Program-made: the position numbers and the translations under genes | The notes under the pieces: generated by a model | Seen by the model: the letters and a program-made list of their open reading frames with translations, nothing else | The model's database searches: none | Told to the model about the DNA's origin: nothing | Source of the DNA: Octopus sinensis | Taxonomy: Eukaryota | NCBI RefSeq assembly: GCF_006345805.1 | Contig: NW_021833684.1 | Span: forward strand, 1-58,030 | Length of the DNA: 58,030 bases | Reading direction: 5' to 3' | Shown: positions 24,033 through 37,340 of the stretch, piece after piece | Numbering within the stretch: the stretch's first letter is position 1 | How the letters are laid out: every line of letters begins with the position of its first letter

Positions 24033-24519
24033 TGAGATTGCAAGCATTTTAAGGCGACTCTGTTGTAAGGATAACTTGGCCCCTTCCTTCCTTCAAAATG
24101 TTCCCGAAACACTTTAGATTACAAAGGAACAAGTGTCATGTAAGATAAGAATGTTTTTTTCTAATTTAGGCAAAAATCAGCGAGTTATGGAGATGAGCGT
24201 CTTAATCAATGACATCGATTAACGGTGCTTAATTGGGACGGGGAACCAATGGCACCAAAAAGAAGAAAAGTTGATTTCGACGGGGTTTGAAACCAGAATG
24301 TAAAGAACTTTGTGTAAAATAATAATAGTGTCGTCACCCTTGTATTTATTTTGATTACGCGCCACCCGCCATGTTGGTCGATCTATTCACACTGGTCCTT
24401 CGGATATGCTGTGGGATCCATAAAACTTTTTTTATAATTCGACTAATTATATCAAGTAATTAGTGTTACGTCATAGGATTTTTTATAAACTTTCGATAGA
24501 AAAAGAAATAATTCTTTTC

Positions 24520-24788
24520 TGGAATAGTGAATCTCGAAACGCACATAAAGCTATAGATAATAACGTATAAATATTAGGTTGGTGAAAAGGCCTTTTTTCA
24601 TAGAAAATGTTGAAGGCTGCTCATGGGACTGGAACCCACGTCTCCAGCAGATATGACAAGCATTTTATAGGAGATGTGGGTTCCAGTTCTACAGGCAGCC
24701 TCTGAATTTTTCTATCAAAAAGTGTTTTTCAACCAAATATTTATATTTATTTATAGCTTTTATGTGTGCTTCGAGAGCCACTATTCCA
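24520..24788. mobile_element. Foldback/palindromic MITE-like element
   Basis: Imperfect inverted arms of ~120 nt (tggaatagtg...ggaacccacgtctcc / ggagatgtgggttcc...cactattcca) around a ~24 nt spacer. Confidence 0.75.
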
Positions 24789-24957
24789 ATAGATTAAATT
24801 ATCATAATTTCTGACAATATCACCAAAACTCACTTTCTGTTAGGGAGACGACAGTCTTAAACCGACCGTAGCTAATTACTGGTATTAATTTCAACGACGA
24901 CAGAATGAGGAAACATAATATCGGTTTCAGCAGGATTTGAACTCGGGATGTAAAGAG

Positions 24958-25275
24958 ACATGGCTGTGTGGTTAAAGAAACTTGCTTTCAGGTTGTTTCA
25001 GGTTCTATCCCGCAATGAGGCATCTTCTGCTATAGTCCCGGACCAACCAATGCCTTGTGAGTGAATTTGGTCGACGGAAACTCTGTGTGTGTGTCCTTCT
25101 TCCACTGCGTGGGAGTGTTGGTTTGTTTACGTCCTCGTAACGTGGCGGCTCGACAAAAGAGACGAATAGATTAAATACCATACTTAAAATAATTAGTGAG
25201 GTCGATTTGTTCGACCAAACCCTTCGAGACGGTGCCCCAGCATGGCCACAGTGAAATGACTGAAACAAGTTTAAA
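24958..25275 (+). mobile_element. SINE family B, diverged copy
   Basis: catggctgtgtggttaaag...gtgagtgaatttgg...cagcatggccacagtgaaatgactgaaacaag. Confidence 0.7.
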
Positions 25276-26004
25276 AAAAAAAAGAAAAAGAAACATGGAT
25301 TATACCACAAAAAAAAGGTATTTCGTCCGACACTATCGAATCTGCCGTTCCGCCATTTTTAAATGGATGTAACTTAATACGAAACAATCAAAGAGAACTT
25401 CAACAGGATGTTTGAACTTGACAAATCAATCAAAATGTAAAACCTAGGGACGCCATCTGTGCACAGCAAGAGACAGAACTTCCTCCCGTCTAAACGTTTC
25501 CCAGTCATCAACCAACGCAACATTTTCCATCACCTCCCTTCTTATTTATTCATTATTCCCTGTTGATAGGGGTGCTTGCCCTCCCTCACCCCACCCATGT
25601 GGTCTTCCCTTCTCTTTTTTTTTCTTTTTACCGGGGTGTTTGTCCGTGCGTGACCCACATTCGCAAGAGGCAGAGTGTCACGGTGTCATATTACAGGACC
25701 AAAACCCACTTCATTTTCTGCCGTTTAATAATTGACAAAACAGTTTCCTTGTCCGCAGACTTCTCAAGCGAGAAAGTTAAGTGTTAAGTGTTAAGAATAT
25801 AAATCGTTTTCGTATTTGGTTTGCAAGACTCCCGATGTGAAATCCTGTGTTGAAATATTTTGCTGCACAGCCGTGTCAGTGCGAAGCAAGGATTAGGAAT
25901 AAACGAACTTTAGGGAGGTTAAAAACGTATGTTTGTAACATTTTAAACCTCTAAAAGCAAATTCACTGCATTTACTGTGGAGAAAAAAAAAAACTTTTAC
26001 AATA

Positions 26005-26253
26005 ATCCTTTTCTATTCTAGGCACAAGGCCTGAAATTTTGGGTTAGGGACTAGTCGATTACATCGACTCCAGTGCGTAACTGGTACTTAGTTTATCGCC
26101 CCGAAAGGATGAAAGGCAAAGTCGACCTCGGCGGATTTTGAACTCAGAACATAAAGACAGACGAAATACCTATTTCTTTACTACCCACGAAGGGTTAAAC
26201 ACAGAGAGGACAAACAAGGACGGACAAACGGATTAAGTCGATTACATCGACCC
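26005..26253 (-). mobile_element. Dimeric SINE family A, truncated
   Basis: Same composite structure as 14048-14423. Confidence 0.75.
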
Positions 26254-26680
26254 TCACAGCTCTTCAATGTTTTCAAATAGTCTATTGCTTTCATTTTATA
26301 ATTAAATATCATTAGAATTTATATTTTTTAAAAATTGTTAAAATATTGTGTATTGTGGAAGTAAAACTGTTTTATTGCTCGTTAATTTTAGCAAAGAAAA
26401 TCTTGAATGAATCTCCAAGGGCCATAGGGACCCCGGTTGAGGCCCCCTGTGCTCCGACGGATGTGTTTGGTTGGATCTAGAACGGTCTAAAATGTAATGA
26501 GTGTGTGTGCGGAGACGGACACACACACACACACACACACACACATAATACCTGAAAGGAAGGAAGGGAGGCAAAGTTGATCTCGATGAAATTTGAACTC
26601 AAGGAAGCTGGAACACCTCAACGTATTCAACCCGAAATTCTATCGGATCTGACAATTCGCTGCGTGTGTGTGTGTGTGTG

Positions 26681-26716
<36 letters not shown>

Positions 26717-26717
<1 letters not shown>

Positions 26718-27966
26718 ACTTCTATTTTTTAATTATTACAAATCTTCCACTGAGGAGGGAACCGATTTCCAACAAAGATACAAGACTCCATCTTTGGGAT
26801 GTGCTTAACGTAGAGAAATTCACATTTGGAACTTGAGAAAAGTCTTGCATATTTTTACTGTTCCACTCACGGATTGCACTTGTATGTATATGTATTTATA
26901 TATATATGTATGTATATGTATGTATGTGTCGTAGTATATATATATGTATGCATGTATGTGTAATGTGTATAATATACATACATACATACACACGTGCTCA
27001 CACACATATATACCGTACTTACATGTATAAATCAATTTGTTCACGAGTAAATACGGTAAATACATAACATAGTGTGTGTGTTGTGTGTGTGTGTGTGTGT
27101 GTGTCACTTCTATTTTTTAATTATTACAAATCTTCCACTGAGGAGGGAACCGATTTCCAACAAAGATACAAGACTCCATCTTTGGGATGTGCTTAACGTA
27201 GAGAAATTCACATTTGGAACTTGAGAAAAGTCTTGCATATTTTTACTGTTCCACTCACGGATTGCACTTGTATGTATATGTATTTATATATATATGTATG
27301 TATATGTATGTATGTGTCGTAGTATATATATATGTATGCATGTATGTGTAATGTGTATAATATACATACATACATACACACGTGCTCACACACATATATA
27401 CCGTACTTACATGTATAAATCAATTTGTTCACGAGTAAATACGGTAAATACATAACATAGTGTGTGTGTGTGTGTGTGCATCTCTGTCTCGTTCTCTCTA
27501 TGTACATACATATATATTTGCATGTATATACACATGTATGTGTTAGTGTGCAATTTGTATGTATATCACAAGCATGGCAATGCTGTGAACAATACAAAGA
27601 CAGAAAAAGAAAGAAAAGGCCGAGCATCGCCGCCGTAGATTGAACCGGTCGCCCGCTGGCAGTCAACTTTCACAAGGGCGGAATATATCGGCCGAGATGA
27701 AAGGCGAAGAAACAGGTGCTGTCCGATATCTTTCTGACGGATTTATAGATTAAGGGTGTCAACTGAGATGGTGTCTCTCTACACCCGCAGCTATGGAATA
27801 CACAACCAACCAACAAAACAAACAGCTACGAGTGTGATTGAAAACGATTACAAGTACCTGCAAACACACACACACAATCACACACACACACAAGCAGACG
27901 CATACACACACGCACATACGCACATCATAGCGCAATCTCTTGCACACACACGTACACACCCCCTTA

Positions 27967-28001
<35 letters not shown>

Positions 28002-29209
28002 TGTATCCTCCTCCGTCCCTCACACACAAATACAAACAAAAGGTATAAATTCACACACACACACACACACACACGCACGCACAGCTGGTTAGACAGATAG
28101 ATGCATAGGCAGATATCTTACACACGTACACACACACGTACACACACACACACACGTACACACCACTCAAGTTTGTTTTTTTTTTCTGGAGTTCTTGAGA
28201 TTGTTTACAAGCGGCCCTTTGAATGTGAAGTGTGTGCGTGTGTGCGCTCGCGCGCGTCTATGTTTGTGTGTGTGTGTGTGCGAGCACCTGTGTGCTTGCC
28301 TGAATTTCATGTGTGTGTGTTGTGTGTGTGTGTGTGTGTGTGTCACTTCTATTTTTTAATTATTACAATCTTCCACTGAGGAGGGAACCGATTTCCAACA
28401 AAGATACAAGACTCCATCTTTGGGATGTGCTTAACGTAGAGAAATTCACATTTGGAACTTGAGAAAAGTCTTGCATATTTTTACTGTTCCACTCACGGAT
28501 TGCACTTGTATGTATATGTATTTATATATATATGTATGTATATGTATGTATGTGTCGTAGTATATATATATGTATGCATGTATGTGTAATGTGTATAATA
28601 TACATACATACATACACACGTGCTCACACACATATATACCGTACTTACATGTATAAATCAATTTGTTCACGAGTAAATACGGTAAATACATAACATAGTG
28701 TGTGTGTGTGTGTGTGTGCATCTCTGTCTCGTTCTCTCTATGTACATACATATATATTTGCATGTATATACACATGTATGTGTTTGTGTGCAATTTGTAT
28801 GTATATCACAAGCATGGCAATGCTGTGAACAATACAAAGACAGAAAAAGAAAGAAAAGGCCGAGCATCGCCGCCGTAGATTGAACCGGTCGCCCGCTGGC
28901 AGTCAACTTTCACAAGGGCGGAATATATCGGCCGAGATGAAAGGCGAAGAAGAAACAGGTGCTGTCCGATATCTTTCTGACGGATTTATAGATTAAGGGT
29001 GTCAACTGAGATGGTGTCTCTCTACACCCGCAGCTATGGAATACACAACCAACCAACAAAACAAACAGCTACGAGTGTGATTGAAAACGATTACAAGTAC
29101 CTGCAAACACACACACACAATCACACACACACACAAGCAGACGCATACACACACGCACATACGCACATCATAGCGCAATCTCTTGCACACACACGTACAC
29201 ACCCCCTTA

Positions 29210-29266
<57 letters not shown>

Positions 29267-29590
29267 TGTATCCTCCTCCGTCCCTCACACACAAATACAA
29301 ACAAAAGGTATAAATTCACACACACACACACACACACACGCACGCACAGCTGGTTAGACAGATAGATGCATAGGCAGATATCTTACACACGTACACACAC
29401 ACGTACACACACACACACACGTACACACCACTCAAGTTTGTTTTTTTTTTCTGGAGTTCTTGAGATTGTTTACAAGCGGCCCTTTGAATGTGAAGTGTGT
29501 GCGTGTGTGCGCTCGCGCGCGTCTATGTTTGTGTGTGTGTGTGCGAGCACCTGTGTGCTTGCCTGAATTTCATGTGTGTGTGTGTGTGTT
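26717..29590. repeat. Tandem segmental duplication: one partial (~356 bp) plus two full 1.24 kb units
   Basis: Unit start cacttctatt...ccactgaggagggaacc at 26717, 27105 and 28344; units nearly identical; junctions lie in (GT)n. Confidence 0.92.
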
Positions 29591-29829
29591 GCGTATTTTG
29601 AAAGTTGTGTACCTAAGTACTCTAAACGTGCACGGAATAAAGGCCTCGATGCTGACTCCAAAAGTTCTAATAATATTAATAATAACTGTGACTATTTTAC
29701 TTCGCGGTTTCGCAGTTGCTTCTTTCTCCGTTTTGTGAAGCCGCAAACTTCGCAGCAGTCTCTGCAAATGACCAGCAGGAAACTGTCCGCAGAACGGTAT
29801 CTCTGCTCGTAATAACATTAACAGTCCAT

Positions 29830-30270
29830 TCTACAATGGGGGCACAAGGCCTGAGATTTTGGAGAAGGGTCGACCCCAGTGCTCGACTGCTACTTATTGA
29901 CCCCTAAGTAGTGAAAAGCAAAGGCAAATTCGACCTCAGCGCTAAGCATTTTGCCCGGCATATTAACCATTCTGCCAGCTCGCCGCATTCATAATAATAA
30001 TAATAATGATTAGCACAAGGCCAGCAATTTCGGAGAAGGGGGAGTCACTCGATTACGTCAATCCCACTGTACAGCTGGTACTTGTGTTATCAACCCCTAA
30101 AGCAAATTCGACCCGGCGGCGAAAATAATAATAATGATGATGATTTCAAATTTTAGTACAAGGCCAGCAATTTCGGGAGTGGGAGTAAGTTGATTACAGC
30201 GGCGCCGGTTCTCAACTGGTACCTTATTTTATCGATCTCGAAAGAATGGAAGGCAAAGTCAGCTTCGGAC
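29830..30270 (-). mobile_element. Cluster of three head-to-tail SINE family A fragments
   Basis: gcacaaggcc/gtacaaggcc tail motif at ~29842, ~30013 and ~30156, separated by (AAT)n. Confidence 0.65.
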
Positions 30271-31677
30271 TTTTTAACTACACAGCCAAGCCCGCGCGCA
30301 AACTTTTTCAAGAGTATCTTTAGACCCCCCCCCCTCACAACCGGTAAATTATTCAACATCAAACAGCATAATTCTCAAATCATACACTTTTCTATCTCTT
30401 CTGATAAGAGACCTCTCGTCAGCTCATGGCTCTGATATCAGTTCACAAAATGAAAAAGATCTTCCAGCTCTTGTGGATAAAATTTTATAAGCATATATAA
30501 CATGTTAGGCCTCAAAATGAATCTTGATAACAACTTTCGTTCGTTATCAGCGCGGCTGAGGAAAGCTTTGTGTATACAGGGATACTTAAAATATTGGTAT
30601 AAAGTAAAAATTAGGAAAAAAAAGAAAAACGTGTCTTCTTTCAAATATCTTTGCTGCTTGTCAAACGGATGCAGATTTTCATTTAATTATTCAGAAACTA
30701 CGGCTACCTTTTGAAAAATTACAATCTTCATTGTGGTTTCAACGATACACACTTGTGCTTTGTGAGCGTCATAGAGCCAATAAAATTACACGCACTGATT
30801 ACGTTTTAGTTCAGTTTTATCACCTTTCAATTCGATAATTAATCACTCAATCAATTGCTTAATCGATTAGTCTAAGATCTTTCGTCACGGTCTGTGACCT
30901 TACCAGTGATTATGTATTACTCGACCACCTTTTTCTCTTCACCGCTTACACTAAATGAGTATTAAGTGATTTTCATACATGGATACGCGCGTATGTATGT
31001 AATGTACTCACATACATAAGGCGGCGACCTGGCAGGATTGTGCATAAAGTATATAAAGTGCATTAAGTAATCATCATATTCCAATTTTTGTCATTTTCCA
31101 ATGAATAACAGAAGAGCGACCATCTTCCCATTCAGACACAACACAGGCTACGCTTTCTGGGTCTCTTTTTTTTTTTTTTGATAAAGTTTTCAGAAATAAC
31201 CCAATAAGTTTACCATTAATTTTGTGAAGTATTCACGGGTCTCGCTAGTTAATACACATCTCACATGGGTTTCGCAAGACTAACAATCTGGTGTAGAACT
31301 CAGTATCCATATGCTTCAGAACGAAGTGTTAGTCACGTACGGAGCGGCAATAAGGAAATGAGATGACAAAGAGATGTCTTGTGAACTTCATTAACAATGA
31401 AAAAGCAAACACGTAGGCGGGGGATGAAAATCAAGGGCGCCAAGAGCTCTTGATTTTCGTCCCCACCTTCGAAACGCGGAGAAGACGAAACAGGGACAAC
31501 TGAAGAAGGGGAATATTCCTTGTATTGTATGTCTTGTCATCTGTTTTTTTTTTCGTTGTTTGAAAAAAAAGTTCATTTCCATGTTTTTGTTTTTATATTT
31601 TTGTTTCTCATTGTGTTCAACGTTTTTTTGATGTCCTGTACCCATATATGCATATAGATGTAGGTATGTATATATGC

Positions 31678-31736
<59 letters not shown>

Positions 31737-31998
31737 TATATGTATATGCAATCCTTCGATATTGATACACGACGTCATTCAGCCACGCAACATCGCGCCG
31801 ATACTCTGTAGGCCAATATCGAAGGAATACCACTGTGTGTGTGTGTGTGTGTGTGTTTGTGTGTGTCTGTGTGTGTGCGTGCGCGTGTATGCATACATAC
31901 TCACTTCAGGCACCACGTTGCCTTTTTTCTGCGTTTCTTTCACTTTCTTTCTCTTCTATCTGCAACATTCCACAACTTATACGTCCATGCATGTACAT

Positions 31999-32045
<47 letters not shown>

Positions 32046-32437
32046 CACACACACACGCACACACATTCATACCTACATAAATGCATACACACTTAATACA
32101 CACACTCCACACGCTGCTGCGCATCAGGCCCCTTCACAACTATAACAACCATATTATCTCTCATTGACCTACAACAACCTTCCATCTCTACAAGTGCTTC
32201 TTTACAACAACAAAAGCCGCCATTTTCTATTTTTGTCTAATCTCTTCACAAATATTATCCACAATATAAAAAAGGCCACGGCATAAAACTTCACTTTGAG
32301 ATAACAACAACAAAATAACCAACACAAGCCTTTTGCAGGAACCAATGATAAAAACAAATAATAATAACGTACAAAACAAAAACACCCACCGCCACGACCA
32401 CTATCAAAGAGATAGAGAGAATGAGAGAGGAAGAGAT

Positions 32438-32478
<41 letters not shown>

Positions 32479-33691
32479 AGGAGAGAGATGAAAGAGGTTA
32501 TTAAAATCTCTTTCAATATTTTTTTCTTTTTCAAGTGATCTTGTTTTATATATACTCCGCTGTAGGTAGCTTGTACTCAACAAGTCGTGGCGATGTGTAT
32601 ATATATATACAGAGATAATGTGTGTGTGTGTGTATGAAATTATAAGATATATATAAGTATATATATAGGTAAACAGATATAGATAGAGCGATAAATATGT
32701 ACACACACGTACGCCCTTGATGGGGCAGGCCTGTCGGTGGGTTCCAGGCTTTGAACAACACAAAAAACAAAAACAAAAAGCGTCTTAGGGAGGTGATAAG
32801 ATAGGAACAAAATTAAGAAATTCTTAGTAAAGATACAGTATCTGCGCGCGTGCGAGCGACTTTGTGTGTTTGTGTGTGTGCATATGTGTGTATGTATACG
32901 TATATGCACGTGTGCACACACTGACATACATACGCATACACATATCTACATATATTTTTATATATGGAAGGTGTTTGTAAGCCAAAATATTTTGACAAAT
33001 TAAACTTAAATGTTGAAGTGAATCGAACGGCTTTTGTGTGTTTCTTAAATGGCTTATAAACACCTTCCACGCCGCAATTGTTTTCGTTTCAGCACACGAT
33101 CTCAGATCAAATCACTTGCTATGCGAGTACATCTCCGTAATATTTATATATGTAATATGTATATGTATCCCTAGCGCTTGTGAAGGTACACGAGAGATCA
33201 TTTTTTGCTTGGAACATCACAGCCAAATGCAGATCCACAAATGAATACCATAAATTAGGTACAGGTATGACTGTGTGGTAAGAAACTTTATTCCCAACTA
33301 CAAGGGTTCAGTCCCAGTGCATGGCACCTTGTACAGGTGTCTTCCACTATAGCCTCGGTTCAGTCAAAACCCTGAGAGTGGATTCTCTCATGAAACAGGC
33401 AAGAACAAAAGGGCTGAAAAAGACTTGGCAAAAGGCGTTTTGATGTTATTCCGTCTTAAGTTTTTCACCTGTTTTCTTTTTTTTCCAGCTTTTCTTTTGC
33501 AGACAAAACGGTCATTTCTTGTAGAGATAAAAGGACACCAATTGGAATAATTCTGAGCGTCACTTTCTCATATCTTGGTTTCAATTTTAACCATTTTGAG
33601 GCCTGACTTTAGCTGGTATTTATCAGTAGATCATCCAGTAAAAAATTTTTTTATTAATCGTTATTTACACTGTGTACAGTGAATTCTGAAA

Positions 33692-33926
33692 CGATTATTT
33701 GCGTATTTACCCTTCATATGTCCAGGTAGGTTCAAACGCAAAAATATGCCCGTCGATGTAGTGTACGTCACAGAACAACTTCACCCTTTTTTTTACGACG
33801 ACAGCGTGTTCATTGAACGTACTATTGCCATAAAAGGGAGCAGCTGTCCTCCCATGACGCAGCGACCGGCGTACTTTGCGGTCGAACCTGTCTGGAAATA
33901 TTAATTCTTCAATATGCAAATAATCG
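33692..33926. mobile_element. Degenerate foldback (palindromic) element
   Basis: cgattatttgcgtatt/aatatgcaaataatcg, tccaggtaggttcaaacgcaaa/tttgcggtcgaacctgtctgga and ccctttt..gtgttca-t-tgaacgt..aaaaggg are symmetric about ~33813. Confidence 0.7.
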
Positions 33927-34073
33927 CGTCCGGTGGTGGGATACGGGGATAATTTTCAGGTGATGGCTAGTAGGACATCGTTGGACGCACACACACGATA
34001 TTCATATTGCGTGGTGTACTTAGAAATACGTATTACAGATGCAGAGAAAGTCATTAAGGTAAATTTGACTCAC

Positions 34074-34126
34074 CTTCTAAAAAGATAATCCATTTAAAGC
34101 TTCCAAAAGACCGTCTTAGGTAATAT
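34074..34126 (-). CDS. Notum: Notum coding exon 2
   Basis: ttcccatccag|A TAT TAC CTA AGA CGG TCT TTT GGA AGC TTT AAA TGG ATT ATC TTT TTA GAA G|gtgagt = YYLRRSFGSFKWIIFLE; 53 nt, phase 2 to phase 1. Confidence 0.93.
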
Positions 34127-34594
34127 CTGGATGGGAAGAAAAAAATAAGACAAAATCAGAATAAAAATTGCTGTAAATTTTGTGTCCACAAGAATAAATG
34201 AAAGTTTGTGTGAGTTTTGGTCGTGTATAAAAATTAGCAGCAAATTTCCTAAAATATATCTCGTCAAGGGGCCTCAAAAGTAACTTAAGGGATTCTGTTT
34301 CTCCTCCTGTTTGTGTCACGAATCACGTTGCAAACCTATCGCAAGCTGTTAAGAAGTTTGCTTCCCAATCACATGGTTTCAGGTTCAATCCCACTGCGAA
34401 GCATCCAGGGTACTCTAGGTCTTCCACTATAGCCTCGGACCAGCCAAAGCCTTGAGAGTGGATTTGATAGATGGAAACTGAATGAAGCCTATCGTATATA
34501 TGTATGTGTGTGAGTACTAATCACTACTTAACCGGTGTTGGTTTGTTTACGTCCCCAAAACTTAGTGGTCAAAAAGAGAGAATCAGTTCATTAT

Positions 34595-34700
34595 AATTTT
34601 ATTCAACGTATTCCTCTCTCAGATTCACACCCTTATTCCAGTGGTCCTTCAGTTTTTCTAAGCCCTGTAAAAAAACTCGGAACGTTGGGCTTCCCGCCAG
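34595..34700 (-). mobile_element. Tc1/mariner transposase C-terminal remnant
   Basis: Minus frame FLQGLEKLKDHWNKGVNLREEYVE* matches the mariner C-terminal pattern GI.KL..RW.KC....GDYVE. Confidence 0.7.
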
Positions 34701-35503
34701 GCCTTTCGCAACATCCTTAAAACCAGGAACTTTCCAGCACTCCCTCGTATTATAACACACGAACAAGTGGATAGCAAGGATGGATCTGGGACAGAAGGAC
34801 GTAGAAACGGAAGGAACCGCAGGAAATTGTCTGCAGTATGGCAGAAGCATCAGAAATAATTTGAGAGTCTAAGTCAATGTTCTTAACCCTTTTTTGCCAG
34901 TGGACATCTTTAATTACTACTTTATTCAATTGGACCCCGTTTAAAAAAAAAAATGTTAAAATTTTTTTATTATATTTTTATAATTGCATATTGTTAGGAA
35001 TTGTATAAAAGAATTTGGTGAAATATTTTGTGCATTGTAGAAGTGTAAGCAATACACGTCATTGATTGGTTGAAATTACCGAAATACGAGAACTTTAACG
35101 TGAAATAACTTCGTAAAGATAAGTTTTTCTCAAAAATGCTAAAAGTAAAAGATGTTTTATATGACACATTCTACCAGTGTCCGAAGTTTGAAAGTGTTTA
35201 GTTACAAAAAATTATTTTTCAAATCTGTCGGTCAAAAGGTAAAGATCCCAGTCCTCCGCCACGGGTATGCGGCGGCACACTGGTGTGTCACAGTGTAACC
35301 AGAATATAATGTTTTCCCTATACTTTTAGTTATATTTTTAGTTCAGGTGTGCCATCGAATTTTCAAAAGACTATGTGTGCCGCGAGTGTAAAAAGGTTGC
35401 GGAGCAATACTACGATTCTACTCAGAGTTCCATGTATGTCGTCAGTCGCAGAAAACAATTTTCTTGTCTGAACTCTACATCTATTCGGTTTCGCAGTATA
35501 ATC

Positions 35504-35736
35504 TGTTTCTTTACTTCCCACAAGGGGCTAAATACAGAGAGGACAAACAAGGACAGACAAACGGATTAAGTCGATTATATCGACCCCAGTGCGTAACTGG
35601 TACTTAATTTATCGACCCCGAAAGGATGAAAGGCAAAGACGACCTCGGCGGAATTTGAACTCAGAACGTAACGGCAAACGAAATACAGCTACGCATTTCG
35701 CCCGGCGTGCTAACGGTTCTGCCAGCTCGCCGCCTT
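35504..35736 (-). mobile_element. Full-length SINE family A with 16-bp target-site duplication
   Basis: Head aaggcggcgagctggcagaaccgttagc...gagttcaaattcc (A/B box-like); gtttcgcagtataatc at 35488-35503 and 35737-35752. Confidence 0.9.
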
Positions 35737-36552
35737 GTTTCGCAGTATAATCGTTCAGTTATTCTGGTAATATCTCTATTTCTTTTGTTTTATAACATAA
35801 ATTTTTAAATTTTTGAAAAATTCATTTTACTTATTATTAACATAATTTAATAAAAATAAAATAACCTGACGTTTTTGTTTTCAGAAAGAGGCTTTCAGTT
35901 TCGGGACAAGCTTTATTATTTTGGAGGCTGTGGGGTGATTCCCCGATTATAAGCACAACATTAGCAGTGTAAGAGAAATTAAGTGACTTCAAAGCAGGAT
36001 CGAAACCAAGGTGCGGTCTCCGCCGGCCGAATGGTTACTCCTGCTTCCTTTAATACTTATATATATTATGGTGAATATTACAAAGAGGAGTGCAATGACA
36101 TCGTGAGAAAACAATACTCGGTCTTTGATAGTCGAGGGAAGGACGGTAAATAATGAAGCAGGTTTTTCTTTTATATCCCCACCGCCACCGCCACTAGGAG
36201 AGAAGAGAAGACAACAAACGCAAACACCACGGGCCAGAAACCTGATACACGAGAGCTGACACGTATCAGATGTTTCCATCACATATCAGCAGTATCAACT
36301 TCAATTGAAGAGCGGCAAATATACGGGAGATAACTCTAACGTGCGGTGCTTGACGTTTTTATGTAGATCAAAGGAAACGTGGAGAGAGAACAAAAAGAAG
36401 GAAAAAAAAAAGAAGGAAAAAAGAAAGAAAAGAAAGAAAAGAAAGAAAGCCCACGAAAGAATAAATGTTTTTGCACGGCCAAAAAGAGTTGAACTGTTGA
36501 ATTGCACGAAGTTCTCACGGATTTTCGGGATGGATATAGATATGTACACGCG

Positions 36553-36601
<49 letters not shown>

Positions 36602-36634
36602 GTACACATACACACACTCACACATACACACACT

Positions 36635-36669
<35 letters not shown>

Positions 36670-37009
36670 GTTTCTAATGGAACCAGCATCGTCCAGATGT
36701 CTTCAGAAGAGATTTTTTTGTTGTTTTGTTTCGTGCTTGGCTTTTATGTTGTGTGTGTGTGTGTGTGTGTGTGTTTTAGACTTGGCCAACTACTAATTGC
36801 TACCCACGCGCACGCGCATGTACACACACTCACACGCACGCGCGCACTCATTTCCCTATTCTTCTCATTCCACAAAGAAAAATGTTTACATTGCCGAGAG
36901 AACAGAGAACTTTGTTTCCAAGTTGAAAACGGTGAACGTAGTAGTAGTAGCCGCAGTAGTAGTAGTATACCATTGTTTATAACCACGTTAGGCAAACTTA
37001 CTTTTAGAG

Positions 37010-37340
37010 CGGTACTCTGTCGGTTAAAACGACGAAGGTCCCAGCTAATCCGATCAGCACAACACCCCGCTCGTGAAATCAACGTCCAAATGGCTGAGCA
37101 CTCCACAGACACGCGTACCCTTAATGTAGTTCTCAAGAAGATTCAGCGTGACGCAGAGTGTGACATGGTTGCCCCCCATTCCCTTTGAATTACAGGTACA
37201 ACTCATTTTTGTCAGCTGAGTGGACTGGGGCAATGTGAAATAAAGTGTCTTGCTCAAGGACACAACGCGTCGCCGGGAATCGAACTCTCGACTTTACAAT
37301 CGTGAGCCGAATACCCTGACCACTGAGCCACGCGCCTTCA
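37010..37340 (-). mobile_element. tRNA-derived SINE family C
   Basis: Minus head ggcgcgtggctcagtggtcaggg...gagttcgattcccggc (A box and B box), then gtgtccttgagcaagacactt; related to 7140-7523, 39350-39490 and 54190-54380. Confidence 0.8.

Noticed and set aside
26525-26560. Apparent exon 2 acceptor (cctttcag|G TAT TAT GTG)
   Set aside because: Runs straight into (GT)n; the true exon 2 is at 34074-34126.
26745-26785. CTGAGGA-GGGAA ccga TTTCC as a hammerhead
   Set aside because: No GAAA box after the stem, so the core is incomplete.
30300-30720. Possible DNA transposon remnants (also 35040-35250 and 38490-38860)
   Set aside because: They look like decayed elements, but I could not identify paired TIRs, TSDs or coding similarity.
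37255-37340. tRNA gene
   Set aside because: A and B boxes are present, but it continues into a SINE body, has several diverged copies and shows no convincing cloverleaf.
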